From an uncultured Acidobacteriota bacterium (GTDB taxonomy: Bacteria > Acidobacteriota > Thermoanaerobaculia > Multivoradales > JAHEKO01), in contig CAVQNG010000025.1 of NCBI GenBank assembly GCA_963713825.1, positions 512,001 to 576,000 on the forward strand: 64,000 nucleotides of DNA, in the 5' to 3' direction. Shown here in pieces: positions 18,748-29,262 of this stretch. Positions within the stretch are counted from its first letter, which is position 1. Each line of letters starts with the position of its first letter. Below the pieces are notes generated by a model, which searched no databases, was not told where the DNA came from, and saw only the letters and a program-made list of their open reading frames with translations. Position numbers and translations under genes: made by a program.

Positions 18748-19350
18748 GTGAGAAACCAGCAGGCTCTTTTCATCCGATCGGCTCCGACGCGAAAGGAATT
18801 TCTGGATGACGGTCGGGCAGAAGTGGCGTTCGTCGGCCGCTCCAACGTCGGCAAGTCGACCCTGCTGAATCGGCTTCTCGGCCGTAAGAACCTGGCCAGA
18901 ATCAGCTCGAGTCCAGGCAAGACGCGTGTCATCAACTACTTCTTGATCGAGTCGCGCTTCTACTTCGTCGATTTGCCGGGTTATGGCTATGCCAAGGTCG
19001 CCAGAAGCGAACGCCAGAGTTGGGCAAAACTGATGGAGCAGTATTTTCAGCAGGTGCAGCATCGAGTTCATGTCATTCAGCTGGTGGACGGCAAGGTAGG
19101 TGCCACCGAGCTGGATGTTCAAGCCAACGAATATCTGTCGAGCTTGGGTTGTGGGCGGACGGTGGTTGCCACCAAGATGGACCGCATTCGCGCCAACCAA
19201 CGAGCTCGTCAATTGGCGGGAATCCGCGACCAACTGACACTGCAAGATGAGTCACTGATCGCCTTCTCCGCCCAAACCGGTGAAGGCGTCAAAGAGCTCT
19301 GGAGGCAGATCAACCTTTTTCTCCAGCAGTTTGAGGGCGAGGCGAACTGA
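18748..19350 (+). CDS. engB: Ribosome biogenesis GTPase YihA/YsxC
   Basis: GRSNVGKS, DLPGYG, TKMD. Confidence 0.93.
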   Translation: MRNQQALFIRSAPTRKEFLDDGRAEVAFVGRSNVGKSTLLNRLLGRKNLARISSSPGKTRVINYFLIESRFYFVDLPGYGYAKVARSERQSWAKLMEQYFQQVQHRVHVIQLVDGKVGATELDVQANEYLSSLGCGRTVVATKMDRIRANQRARQLAGIRDQLTLQDESLIAFSAQTGEGVKELWRQINLFLQQFEGEAN

Positions 19351-19362
19351 GTGAGGATGAAC

Positions 19363-20952
19363 ATGGCCAAGTCAAACGAAGATCCAGCAACCCCCGAGAA
19401 TCAGCCCGAAGAGCCCAAGGCGGTGGAGCAGGCTGCAGAGCCGCACGAAGAGCCCAAGGCAGTGGAGCAGGCTGCAGAGCCGCAATCGGCAGATCAGCCC
19501 GAGGAGCCGAAGGCTACCGAGCCGACAGAAGAGGTGAAGGCTGCAGAACCGTCTCAGGATTCAAAGACGGCGGAGCCATCGGAGAGCGGGCCGAAAGACG
19601 GTGGACGGGGCCCCAGGGACAAGTCGGCGAAACAGGGCAAGCACTCCGATCGGCAGAGATCGAGGAATCGGCCGAATCGGGACAAGCGCACGGAAAAGAA
19701 GGACACCTTGGACATCAGGATTCTCAAGGAGATGACCATTTCCGACATGGTCCAGGTGGCCAAGGACCTGGGTGTCGAAGGTGCATCGACGCTGCGCAAG
19801 CAGGAGCTCATCTTCAAGATCCTCCAGGTGCAGACCGAGAAGAGCGGTCTCATCTTCGCCGAGGGAGTGTTGGAATGCCTGCCGGATGGCTTCGGGTTCT
19901 TGCGGGCGCCGGAGTACAACTATCTGCCGGGCCCGGATGACATCTACGTCTCACCGAGCCAAATTCGAAGGTTCGATTTGCGCACCGGTGACACAGTTTC
20001 CGGCCAGGTGCGTCAGCCCAAGGAGGGCGAGCGCTACTTCGCCTTGATCAAAGTCGAGGCGGTCAACTTCGAGCACCCTGAGGTGGCACGGAACAAGATC
20101 TTCTTCGACAACTTGACGCCGTTGTACCCGCTGGAACGGATCCAGCTCGAAAACACGGGGGAAATGTCCTCCAGAGTCTTGGACCTGGTAACGCCCATGG
20201 GCAAGGGGCAGAGGGCTCTGATTGTGGCGCCTCCCCGAACCGGTAAGACAATGCTGCTGCAGGCGTTGGCTCACTCGGTGGCTCAGAACCACCCGGACGT
20301 CGTCCTTATCGTTCTGCTCATCGACGAGCGGCCGGAAGAGGTCACGGACATGGAGCGCTCCGTGCAGGGTGAGGTCGTTTCCTCCACCTTCGACGAACCG
20401 GCGACTCGCCACGTGCAGGTTGCGGAGATGGTCATCGAAAAGGCCAAGCGGCTCGTCGAGCACAAGAAGGACGTCGTGATTCTGCTGGACTCGATCACCC
20501 GACTCGCACGCGCCTACAACACGGTTCAACCGCCGTCGGGCAAAGTGCTCTCCGGTGGTATCGATGCCAACGCCCTGCATCGTCCGAAGCGCTTCTTCGG
20601 CGCCGCCAGAAACGTCGAAGAGGGTGGCTCGTTGACCATCATCGCCACCGCCCTGGTCGACACCGGTAGTCGCATGGACGACGTCATCTTCGAGGAGTTC
20701 AAGGGTACCGGCAACAGCGAGATCCACCTCGACCGCAAACTGGTGGACAAGCGCGTCTTCCCGGCCATCGATATCAACAAGTCGGGTACTCGCAAGGAAG
20801 AGCTGCTCCTGAGCGAGGACGAGCTGCGCCGTGTCTGGGTGCTGAGAAAGGTCTTGAATCCCCTTTCGACCGTGGAGAGTATGGAGCTCCTTCTCGACAA
20901 GCTGAAGAAGACCAAGACCAATCAGGACTTCCTCAACGCGATGTCGAAGTAA
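19363..20952 (+). CDS. rho: Transcription termination factor Rho with disordered N-terminal extension
   Basis: [26 protein letters not shown]. Confidence 0.97.
   Translation: MAKSNEDPATPENQPEEPKAVEQAAEPHEEPKAVEQAAEPQSADQPEEPKATEPTEEVKAAEPSQDSKTAEPSESGPKDGGRGPRDKSAKQGKHSDRQRSRNRPNRDKRTEKKDTLDIRILKEMTISDMVQVAKDLGVEGASTLRKQELIFKILQVQTEKSGLIFAEGVLECLPDGFGFLRAPEYNYLPGPDDIYVSPSQIRRFDLRTGDTVSGQVRQPKEGERYFALIKVEAVNFEHPEVARNKIFFDNLTPLYPLERIQLENTGEMSSRVLDLVTPMGKGQRALIVAPPRTGKTMLLQALAHSVAQNHPDVVLIVLLIDERPEEVTDMERSVQGEVVSSTFDEPATRHVQVAEMVIEKAKRLVEHKKDVVILLDSITRLARAYNTVQPPSGKVLSGGIDANALHRPKRFFGAARNVEEGGSLTIIATALVDTGSRMDDVIFEEFKGTGNSEIHLDRKLVDKRVFPAIDINKSGTRKEELLLSEDELRRVWVLRKVLNPLSTVESMELLLDKLKKTKTNQDFLNAMSK
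19407..19484 (+). repeat. In-frame 39-bp tandem duplication in the rho N-terminus
   Basis: CGAAGAGCCCAAGGC(G/A)GTGGAGCAGGCTGCAGAGCCGCA occurs twice with one mismatch. Confidence 0.9.
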
Positions 20953-20961
20953 ACCAAGGGC

Positions 20962-21783
20962 GTGCCTGTGCGCGTCGGCATCGTCGACTACCTCAACAGC
21001 AGGCCTCTGGCATGGGCCTTTCGCAAAGGCGCCGAGGCAGGTGCCTTCGTGCCCTTCCACCTGCCTCCTGCGGCAGTGGCTGCAAAGCTGGCAGATGGAA
21101 CTCTGGACATCGGACTGATCCCCTCGATCGAGGTGCAGCGTATCCCCGGTCTGCGCCTGCTGCCGGGTTTGTGCATTGCGGCGACGCACGAAGTGCGCAG
21201 CGTCCTCCTGGTCAGCAAGGTGTCGCCCCGCCACATCCGCCGTCTAGCTCTCGATGAGAACAGCAGGACTTCCGTGGCGCTGGCCAAGATCGTCCTGCAA
21301 CGGGCCTATGGCGTCAGCCCAGAGTGTGTCTCGCGACCACCCGAGATCGAAGCGATGATGGACGAGGCCGATGCAGCATTGGTCATCGGCGATCCGGCCC
21401 TGCAGGTGTCGGCGGCGAGCTACTGCATCCTCGACCTGGCAGCCGAATGGCGGCGGCTCACCGGTCTGCCCTTCGTTTTTGCTGTTTGGGCGGTGCGATC
21501 CAATGTAGAGGTGGACGGCCTCACATCCGTCTTTACCCGCAGCCTCGAGCAGGGGATGAAGAATCTGGACAGTCTGATCTCGGAGGCGGCAGAGGACATT
21601 GGGTTGAGCTCGGATGAGCTGAGAGAGTATCTGACGGTCAATCTGTCGTTCGAGCTGGGTCACGACGAGTTGGCCGGTCTGAGAGAGTTCTACGCTCTGG
21701 CCGCCGAAATGAATCTCATTCCCGAAGCGCGGCCGATACAGTTCCTCGACGCTTGCCCATCCCAGACCGATTCCGTAGAGTAG
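20962..21783 (+). CDS. mqnA: Chorismate dehydratase (futalosine pathway)
   Basis: VDYLNSRPL, SRTS, IGDPAL, TGLPFVFAVW. Confidence 0.9.
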   Translation: MPVRVGIVDYLNSRPLAWAFRKGAEAGAFVPFHLPPAAVAAKLADGTLDIGLIPSIEVQRIPGLRLLPGLCIAATHEVRSVLLVSKVSPRHIRRLALDENSRTSVALAKIVLQRAYGVSPECVSRPPEIEAMMDEADAALVIGDPALQVSAASYCILDLAAEWRRLTGLPFVFAVWAVRSNVEVDGLTSVFTRSLEQGMKNLDSLISEAAEDIGLSSDELREYLTVNLSFELGHDELAGLREFYALAAEMNLIPEARPIQFLDACPSQTDSVE

Positions 21784-21791
21784 CGCTCACT

Positions 21792-22973
21792 ATGCACTTG
21801 GAGCCATCTGGCCGCCCTGTGGCGGAGATCCTGGGTGATGTGCAGCTGGGCGAGAGGATCTCTGCTGGAGATGCTCACACCCTGCTCGTGGACGGAGATC
21901 TTCTGGAATTGGGATTGGCCGCTCATGCTGTGCGAGCTCGGTGCAACGAGCCGGCGGTAGCAACCTACAACATCGATCGCAACATCAACTACACGAACGT
22001 CTGCGTGTACAAGTGCCGATTCTGTGCCTTCTACCGAGAGCCGGGTGACCCCCAGGGATATGTGCTGCCCTTCGATGAGATCGGCCGCAAGATCGAGGAG
22101 ACCTTGGCGCTCAACGGTACCGGAATCCTCCTCCAGGGCGGAGTGCATCCTGATCTACCCCTGAGCTTCTATGAAGATCTGTTGAGCTACATTCGAGAGA
22201 ACTATACGGCCATCCACTTGCACGCCTTCTCGCCACCCGAAGTCAGATTCATAGCCAAGAAGGAGCGTCTGAGCTTCTTCGAGGTCATCGCCCGACTCAA
22301 GAAGGCCGGTCTGATGTCGATACCCGGCGGGGGTGCGGAGCTCCTCTCGGACGCGGTGCGGAAGGAGGTCCTCGCCTACACGAAGGTCTCTGCAGACGAG
22401 TGGATCGAGGTCATGCGGCAGGCGCATGCAAACGATCTGCGCACTTCGGCAACCATGATGTACGGCATGGGCGAGCCGTTGGAGGCCCGGATCGAGCACT
22501 TGCAGCGGGTCCGGGACCTGCAGGACGAGACGGGTGGCTTCACGGCCTTCATCTCCTGGACCTTCCAGCACGAGCACACCGACATGCAAGACGTGCCGGA
22601 GACCTTCGCTCATGAGTACCTCAAGACGCTGGCGGTGTCGCGGCTGTTTCTCGACAACATCCAGCACCTCCAGTCCAGTTGGGTGACGCAGGGCAAGAAG
22701 ATCGGACAGTTGGGCCTGATGTTCGGTGCCGATGACATGGGCTCGATCATGATCGAGGAGAATGTCGTGTCGGCGGCCGGTACCTCCTACCGAATGAGTC
22801 AGGACGAAATGGAGCACTTGATTGCCTCGGCCGGATTCTCGCCGCGCCAGCGCACCAACCTCTACGAGCGTTTGGTCACCCGCGAGGAAACGGTCGAGTT
22901 GGCTCAGCGCTACCGTCACGCACTGACACCTCAGAACCGGGACCTGGCGTCTCCACTTCCCATCGTCGGTTGA
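21792..22973 (+). CDS. mqnC: Cyclic dehypoxanthine futalosine synthase (radical SAM)
   Basis: DRNINYTNVCVYKCRFCAF, IPGGGAE, FISWTFQ, SWVTQG; follows mqnA. Confidence 0.88.
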   Translation: MHLEPSGRPVAEILGDVQLGERISAGDAHTLLVDGDLLELGLAAHAVRARCNEPAVATYNIDRNINYTNVCVYKCRFCAFYREPGDPQGYVLPFDEIGRKIEETLALNGTGILLQGGVHPDLPLSFYEDLLSYIRENYTAIHLHAFSPPEVRFIAKKERLSFFEVIARLKKAGLMSIPGGGAELLSDAVRKEVLAYTKVSADEWIEVMRQAHANDLRTSATMMYGMGEPLEARIEHLQRVRDLQDETGGFTAFISWTFQHEHTDMQDVPETFAHEYLKTLAVSRLFLDNIQHLQSSWVTQGKKIGQLGLMFGADDMGSIMIEENVVSAAGTSYRMSQDEMEHLIASAGFSPRQRTNLYERLVTREETVELAQRYRHALTPQNRDLASPLPIVG

Positions 22974-23009
22974 TGGCCGACAGCGCGCCGGGCGTGCCGG
23001 GTAGTCGAT

Positions 23010-23471
23010 ATGCGTCCGAACAGCCGACCCGCTGATTCCGCAGGGCACAAGTTCGAAGGGCTATTGGCCGCCCTGCTGTCAGGGGCGTCGCTGCTGATCC
23101 TGATGGGATTCCTCTGGCCGGGATTGTTCAGCTGGGTGCTGCAGGCCCTGCTGGTCACGGCCATGCCGGTCCTCTTGATCCTGCTCTCGCGCTCGCGCTC
23201 GCTCTCCCGCACGCTTCTGATTGCCATGGCAGCTCTCTGGTCGCTGCTCGGTGGCAGCTGGGTGGTATTGATCTGGCTCGATGGAGGAGGAGTCCTCCGT
23301 TTCGGCGGGATTCCGCTGGCCCTCTGGATTCTGGTCTGTGGCCTGGTTCTCTTGCCACTCGCTTTGGTGTCCTGGGCCTATGCCGCCACATTCAGACCGC
23401 CTGCTCGGCCCTCCGACGGGGCTCGCCGTGAGGCCCTGTCGGCGAGATCCTCCGAGCGTGGGAGCTCGTGA
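23010..23471 (+). CDS. Small membrane protein, likely partner of the symporter
   Basis: Four hydrophobic segments and FGGIPL; overlaps the start of the SSS gene. Confidence 0.6.
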   Translation: MRPNSRPADSAGHKFEGLLAALLSGASLLILMGFLWPGLFSWVLQALLVTAMPVLLILLSRSRSLSRTLLIAMAALWSLLGGSWVVLIWLDGGGVLRFGGIPLALWILVCGLVLLPLALVSWAYAATFRPPARPSDGARREALSARSSERGSS

Positions 23472-24994
23472 TGGTGCCGCTCCTGGAGCAGCCCTGGCTG
23501 ACGGCGGCTACCGTGCTGTCGCTCGCCACCGTTCTGGTGATCGGAATATGGAGCGGCGCGCGCACCCGGACTGCGAGAGACTTCTTCGTTGCGGGTCGCC
23601 GAGTGGGGCTTTGGGTGATCGCCCTGGCGACAATGACTTCGGCTTTCAGTGGATTCGTCTTTCTTGGCGGGCCAGGCTTGACGTACAGCATCGGAGTCGC
23701 CTCTCTCTTCATTGTCGTGCCGGTGGGCTTCACGTCCGGTCTCCTCTGCTGGGTGCTGGCGAGGCGACTCGTCTTGCTCGCGGATCTGGACGAGGTCTTT
23801 ACGATCCCCGACGCTCTGAGCTTGCGCTTCAGGAGCAAGACGACGACTGCTCTCGGAAGCGTCGCCATCCTGGTCGGCACTGTTGGCTATCTCGCCGCCC
23901 AGCTGCTGGCTCTCGGAATTCTCATTGAGACAATTCTCGGGACTCGCCATTTCTTCGGTGAGCGGAGCCTCCTGGTAGCCATGTCCATCGGCCTCGGCAT
24001 CCTGGTCTTCTACAGCGTCCTTGGCGGCATGTTGGCCGGGGTCTATACCGACCTGGTGCAGGGTGCGGTGATGCTGGTCGGTTCCCTTCTGGTCTTCGGC
24101 CAGACCCTGAAAGCGGGTGGCGGCATCAGCGGGATGGCGAGCTCGATTCTGGCCAGCAAAGGGATGGAGGGTTTCTTCGAGCCCTTTGCCCGTGTCCCCT
24201 TTTCGGTCGCGCTCGGGTTCTTTTTCGTCTTCGGCGTCGGTGTGCTGGGTCAACCGCAGATGGTCCACAAGTTCCTCATGCTGGAGAGGGTCGAGCAGCT
24301 TCGGTGGATGCCGCTCGTTCTGGGCGGATCCCAGGTTGTCTGCCTCCTCATCTGGGTCGGCATCGGGCTCGTCGTGCCGGCCCTGGTGGCCGACGGTCGG
24401 CTAGCGCCCCTTGGCAACCCCGATGCTGCCACGCTCCAGTTCCTCTTGGAGTTTGTTCCGGATGCACTCGCGGGCGTGGTGATTGCCGCAGCGCTGGCGG
24501 CGATCATGTCGACGGCCGACTCGTTTCTGAACATCGGAGCGGCCGTGCTGGTTCGAGATCTACCGCGTCTTCTGGGTCGGCCAGTGCGCGCCCAACTGGC
24601 AGCGGGCCGGGTGGCGACGTTGATCCTGGCCCTGGTCGCGGGTGGGCTCGCCCTGACGTACGGTGATCTGATTGCATTGTTGGGGACCTTTGCCTTCGGC
24701 ACCTTGGCGGCTGCTCTGGCTCCGACACTGGCCGTCGGGATGAGCTGGTCCCGGGTCACTCCAGCAGCGGCGTCAGCCTCGATCGCGACGGGGCTGATCG
24801 TCAACCTCGGGCTGGAGATTCTGAGCCGGGTCCAGACGCTACCCGCCGGGGTGGCAGAGGCTCTCAGCGGATTCGCCATCCCATCTGCCGTGGCTCTTGC
24901 GGCTTCTTTCAGCGTTCTGAGCCTGGTGACCTGGCTGGGCGGGGCCTCAGAGACGGATGTTCCTGAAGCGGTCCTCGAGATCGTCGAGTCCTGA
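23468..24994 (+). CDS. Sodium:solute symporter (PutP/PanF family)
   Basis: DFFVAGR, SGFVFLGGPG, GGMLAGVYTD, AAIMSTADS. Confidence 0.9.
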   Translation: MMVPLLEQPWLTAATVLSLATVLVIGIWSGARTRTARDFFVAGRRVGLWVIALATMTSAFSGFVFLGGPGLTYSIGVASLFIVVPVGFTSGLLCWVLARRLVLLADLDEVFTIPDALSLRFRSKTTTALGSVAILVGTVGYLAAQLLALGILIETILGTRHFFGERSLLVAMSIGLGILVFYSVLGGMLAGVYTDLVQGAVMLVGSLLVFGQTLKAGGGISGMASSILASKGMEGFFEPFARVPFSVALGFFFVFGVGVLGQPQMVHKFLMLERVEQLRWMPLVLGGSQVVCLLIWVGIGLVVPALVADGRLAPLGNPDAATLQFLLEFVPDALAGVVIAAALAAIMSTADSFLNIGAAVLVRDLPRLLGRPVRAQLAAGRVATLILALVAGGLALTYGDLIALLGTFAFGTLAAALAPTLAVGMSWSRVTPAAASASIATGLIVNLGLEILSRVQTLPAGVAEALSGFAIPSAVALAASFSVLSLVTWLGGASETDVPEAVLEIVES

Positions 24995-25081
24995 TCGTGG
25001 CCGCTGTGGACGACAGGTTCCCTGTTCTGTAGAGTTCTGTTCTGTAGAGTTCCATGTGAACAGAGATTCAGATTCGCTTCG

Positions 25082-25963
25082 ATGATGATTCGCTTTCTCG
25101 TCAATCCATCGTCTGGCGGTGGCAAGGGCGCCAAGTCACTGCCGCAGATCCGTGAGCTGGCGGCTGCTGCCGGCAGCGAAGTCTGGCTGAGCAGGGATGC
25201 GGCAGACCTGACGCGCCTGGCGAAAAGAGCAGTCGATGAGGGTGTCGAGCGACTCGTTGTCGCCGGTGGGGACGGAACCTTCCATCAAGTCGAGCAGGGC
25301 TTGGCCGGTACGGAGTGCGCGATGGGACTCGTCCCGCTTGGCCGCGGCAACGATCTTGCTCGGACTCTCCAGGTACCCGAGGTCGTGGAAGAGGCTGTTC
25401 AGTTCGCTCTGCAGGAGTCGATCGCCAGTATCGACCTGGGTCGCGTCGGTTCCTATTGCTTTGCTGGGTACTGTGGAGTTGGCTTCGACAGCGAGGTTGC
25501 CGGATACGTTCATGCTGGCAGTGGACTCGTCAAGGGTCCTCTAGCTTATCCAGTTGGTGTCCTGCGCAATGTCTTGTTCTACCGCAGTCCGACAGTCCGC
25601 GTCGAACACGACGGCGGCGTCATCGAGGGCCCCAGGCTCTTCGTTTCGATCGTCAACTGCCGACGCTTTGGTGGGGGCATGATCATCGCCCCGGATGCCA
25701 GCCTGACCGACGGCCTGCTGGATCTCGTGGCCGTGGATGATATTTCACGGTTGGAGCTACTGCAGCTCTTTCCCAAGGTCTACAAGGGAGCCCATGTGGG
25801 ACACCGAGCCGTCGAGATCGTCCGCACCAGGAAAGTGCGTATTGCAGTCGATCGGCCGATGAATATGTTCAGCGACGGTGAACCCATGCTGGAAGTCGAC
25901 CAGCATGGGGTCACCGTCGAGATCTGGCCCGCTGCCCTGCGCGTTGTCGGGCGTCCGTGCTAG
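25082..25963 (+). CDS. Diacylglycerol kinase-family lipid kinase
   Basis: VNPSSG, AGGDGT, GRGNDLA, FGGG, DGE. Confidence 0.9.
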   Translation: MMIRFLVNPSSGGGKGAKSLPQIRELAAAAGSEVWLSRDAADLTRLAKRAVDEGVERLVVAGGDGTFHQVEQGLAGTECAMGLVPLGRGNDLARTLQVPEVVEEAVQFALQESIASIDLGRVGSYCFAGYCGVGFDSEVAGYVHAGSGLVKGPLAYPVGVLRNVLFYRSPTVRVEHDGGVIEGPRLFVSIVNCRRFGGGMIIAPDASLTDGLLDLVAVDDISRLELLQLFPKVYKGAHVGHRAVEIVRTRKVRIAVDRPMNMFSDGEPMLEVDQHGVTVEIWPAALRVVGRPC

Positions 25964-25975
25964 CTAGCCGGGAAC

Positions 25976-27520
25976 CTACCCGACGTCGAACTCTACGCCC
26001 TGAGCCAGCGGCAGCTGCCGACCGTAGTTGATCGTGCAGGTCTGGCGTCGCATGTAGGCCTTCCAGGAATCGGATCCGGCTTCGCGTCCGCCGCCGGTCT
26101 CCTTCTCCCCACCGAAAGCGCCGCCGATCTCCGCGCCCGAGGTGCCGATGTTGACGTTGGCGATACCGCAATCACTGCCGGCCGGCGACAGGAACTGCTC
26201 GGCCGAGAGCAAGTTGGTGGTGAAGACGGCGGATGAGAGTCCCTGCGGAACGCTGTTGTGGGTGGCGATGGCTTCGTCCAGATTGTCGAACTCGAAGAGG
26301 TAGAGGATCGGCGCAAAGGTCTCTTCGCAGGTGATCGGCATGTCGCCCGATGCTTCGACGAGGGTCGGCTCGACGAAGAACCCGGGTCCTTCCAGAACAC
26401 CGCCGCCGTAGAGAACCTTGGCGCCTTGCTGCTGCGCGGTCTCGAGAGCAGCAACCATGTCATCGACAGCCTTCTTGTCGACCAGGGGGCCCATCAGGGT
26501 TGCTGGGTCCATCGGATCGCCGATCGTGATCGACTTGTAGGCCTGTACCAGGCGCTGTTTCATCTCAGTGGCGATTCCCTTCTGCAGGAAAAGCCGCCGA
26601 TTGGTGGTGCAGCGCTGGCCCGCGGTACCGACCGCCGCGAAGAGCACGGCCCGCAGCGCCATGTCCAAGTCTGCATCGTCCGTCACGATGATCCCGTTGT
26701 TGCCCCCCAATTCCAGCAGGCTGCGACCCAGGCGTTGGGCCACGACCTGACCCACGCCTCGACCCATGGAAACAGAGCCGGTAGCGGAAATCAAAGGTAC
26801 TCGGGAGTCGGCGACCAGGTGTTGACCAACCTCCTTGCGGTCGCCGATCACCAGATTGAAGATCGGCGGGGCGTCATTTGCCTCCAGGACCTCTTGCGCG
26901 ATCTTGCTGATCGCCAGCCCACACAGAGGCGTTTTCGAGGAGGGCTTCCAGATCATGGAGTCTCCGCAGACCGCTGCCACAGTCGCGTTCCACGCCCAGA
27001 CGGCAACCGGGAAATTGAAAGCCGTGACGATTCCGACCGGACCGAGGGGATGCCACTGCTCGTACATCCGATGCTCGTCGCGCTCGGAGTGCATCGACAG
27101 GCCATAGAGCTGACGCGACATGCCCACCGCCAGATCGACCATGTCGATCATCTCCTGAACCTCTCCGAGCCCTTCACTGAGGATCTTTCCCATCTCCAGA
27201 GTGACGAGGCGTCCTAGGGCATCCTTCTTCTGGCGCAAAGCGTCGCCGAGCTGGCGAACCACCTCTCCCCGCTTGGGGGCGGGCCAGGTTCGCCACTCGG
27301 CAAACGCCTCGGCGGTGGCGGCGGCAACCGTCTCATAGTCGTCGGCGGTGGCCGCTCGGACGGTCGCCAGGACCTCGCCGGTGGTCGGATTGATGGACTC
27401 CACCTTCGTGCCCTGGGTGTCCAACCACCGACCACAAAAGGCTCCCGAGTTGTCGTCGTCGATACCCAGGCTGGTCAGGAGCTCTGAGACGGAAGAATCG
27501 GTCGCTGTTGTCATGGTCAT
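25976..27520 (-). CDS. Aldehyde dehydrogenase (ALDH7 / piperideine-6-carboxylate dehydrogenase-like)
   Basis: AFNFPVAVW, LELGGNN, GQRCT, EETFAP, SGAEIGGAFGGEK. Confidence 0.92.
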   Translation of the reverse strand: MTMTTATDSSVSELLTSLGIDDDNSGAFCGRWLDTQGTKVESINPTTGEVLATVRAATADDYETVAAATAEAFAEWRTWPAPKRGEVVRQLGDALRQKKDALGRLVTLEMGKILSEGLGEVQEMIDMVDLAVGMSRQLYGLSMHSERDEHRMYEQWHPLGPVGIVTAFNFPVAVWAWNATVAAVCGDSMIWKPSSKTPLCGLAISKIAQEVLEANDAPPIFNLVIGDRKEVGQHLVADSRVPLISATGSVSMGRGVGQVVAQRLGRSLLELGGNNGIIVTDDADLDMALRAVLFAAVGTAGQRCTTNRRLFLQKGIATEMKQRLVQAYKSITIGDPMDPATLMGPLVDKKAVDDMVAALETAQQQGAKVLYGGGVLEGPGFFVEPTLVEASGDMPITCEETFAPILYLFEFDNLDEAIATHNSVPQGLSSAVFTTNLLSAEQFLSPAGSDCGIANVNIGTSGAEIGGAFGGEKETGGGREAGSDSWKAYMRRQTCTINYGRQLPLAQGVEFDVG

Positions 27521-27543
27521 TCTCCTGGGCTCGAGGGCATGAA

Positions 27544-27739
27544 TTCTCCACAGGAGCTGTGGATATTTCTGCGGAAAAGAACCCCTGCCCGAGCCTTAGG
27601 TTGTGTAGGTACAACACTTTGAACCGTTTTGCACAGTTCCTTGTGCAATTTGGATAAACCCTTTGTTATCTGATGTTTACGAATCATGGCGAATTGTTCG
27701 CGAGGCGCTGGGTGAGCCGTATCTCATTGATTTTCCGCA
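27544..27739. promoter_or_regulatory. Cluster of DnaA-box-like 9-mers in an AT-richer intergenic region
   Basis: TTCTCCACA at 27544, TGTGGATAT at 27558, TGCGGAAAA at 27570, TTTTGCACA at 27627, TTTGGATAA at 27649, TTTTCCGCA at 27731. Confidence 0.65.
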
Positions 27740-27932
27740 GCTTACGAGCTTTGCCCTGTTTTCGCTGCAGCCTCAACGTCAGAAGTCGGAGTTTCTCGGC
27801 CGGGGCCAAACCAAAGATCGAACCTTGTACTTCGAGCTTTGACCGGAACGGTCGGGCGACGATGGAGCGGCAGCTACGCAGGTCCTCCAATACCCCTCGG
27901 CAGGAGAATGTAGCACCCGTCTGTCGCGGGGG

Positions 27933-29075
27933 TCAATCGAAACGACTGGGGTTCTGCGGGCCGCGCTGTACGAGCTCGGCAGAAACCGCGGTTCGGTTTC
28001 GGCCGGTTTCCTTGGCAACGTACATCGCGGCGTCGGAAAGACGCAACAGCGTACTTTTGCAGCGGTCGGTCGATTGCTCGGCGCTGGCATGCCGATTCAA
28101 CGACGCGATGCCAATGGAGCAGGTCTGCCCGGTCAGCCGCAGGACGTCTGGCTGGACTTCACCGGGCTTGTCGCAGAACGTCATGCTGACGATTGCCTGG
28201 CGCATCTCCTCGGCCAGATCGATCGCTTGCTCGAGATCCAGGGAGGGCGCCGCAATGACGAACTCGTCGCCACCATAGCGTGCTGCGAGCGCCCCGACCT
28301 TATGGCTCATTCCCTGCAGCAGCTGGCCCACCTCGCGCAGGACCTGACTGCCAGCCAGATGACCATGACTGTCGTTGACGCGTTTGAAGAAATCGAGATC
28401 GAGGAAGAGGAGCGACAGATCGACTTCCCGTTGTCGACAGTCTTCAATGGCCCGGCTGAGTGCGATGTGGAGATAACGGTCGTTGTAGAGACCTGTGAGA
28501 TTGTCCCGTTTGGCGATCTCCTGTGCCAGCCGGCCGTCGAGGACGTTCTGAATGGAAACCGAGATGTAGCCGGCGAAGATCTCCAACAGATTGACATCCT
28601 GCTGACTGTAGTCGCCGGCACCGCGGCGGTTGATCAGCTCCAGAACTCCGCAAACCTCCTGTTCTATGCGAATGGGGATGGCCACCAGGGAGTCGGGACG
28701 ATAGTCGTGTGCGTCGGCGAAGTCCCGGTTGAAGAACTGATCCTCTTGTAGATCGACGGTGCGATACGACTGGCCGGTGATGTAGACGTGTCCGCCGACT
28801 CCCTGGTCTGCGGAGACGGTCTGACCGACCAGGCGATCAGCCTTCTCACCAAATGTGGCGATGAAGGTGAGGCTGTTCCGATGCCGGTCTGGCAGCTTCT
28901 TCTTCGGGTTGTCGAGCAGGATGGACCCGGCCTCCGACGGGACGAACTCGTTCGCCTTCCGCAGGATCGCCACCAGAACCTCGGAGAGGTTCATCTCGAG
29001 GAAAATAGGGCTGGCCCGACGGCGCTCGAGGAAGCGCTCCAATCTGGGTAGCTCGAGACAGTGGAATTCCGTCAT
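27933..29075 (-). CDS. GAF-sensor diguanylate cyclase
   Basis: GAF domain, DNLTGLYN, DLDFFKRVND, RYGGDEF. Confidence 0.92.
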   Translation of the reverse strand: MTEFHCLELPRLERFLERRRASPIFLEMNLSEVLVAILRKANEFVPSEAGSILLDNPKKKLPDRHRNSLTFIATFGEKADRLVGQTVSADQGVGGHVYITGQSYRTVDLQEDQFFNRDFADAHDYRPDSLVAIPIRIEQEVCGVLELINRRGAGDYSQQDVNLLEIFAGYISVSIQNVLDGRLAQEIAKRDNLTGLYNDRYLHIALSRAIEDCRQREVDLSLLFLDLDFFKRVNDSHGHLAGSQVLREVGQLLQGMSHKVGALAARYGGDEFVIAAPSLDLEQAIDLAEEMRQAIVSMTFCDKPGEVQPDVLRLTGQTCSIGIASLNRHASAEQSTDRCKSTLLRLSDAAMYVAKETGRNRTAVSAELVQRGPQNPSRFD

Positions 29076-29262
29076 TCACCTGTCCTCACGGCCGGGACCT
29101 TGAAACCATAGCAGAAGCTTTAGAACCCGAGAATCGAGAACTCCACAGTGTCCGATAGACCGTCGGGCACCGGCATGAGGTCTGTTGTTCATTCCAACCC
29201 GGGCGCCCGGTCCTATGGCAAGATGGAGAGCCCTGCTGCCTGGCTGTCAGAAAGCGATTTCA

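Noticed and set aside
25022-25051. 15-bp tandem duplication CTGTTCTGTAGAGTT upstream of the lipid kinase
   Set aside because: Real, but only two copies. It is most simply a slippage duplication with no evidence of function.
25967-25983. GCCGG-GAACCTA-CCCGA as a fourth copy of the repeat core
   Set aside because: The right arm is imperfect, none of the downstream repeat sequence is present, and it overlaps the ALDH stop codon.
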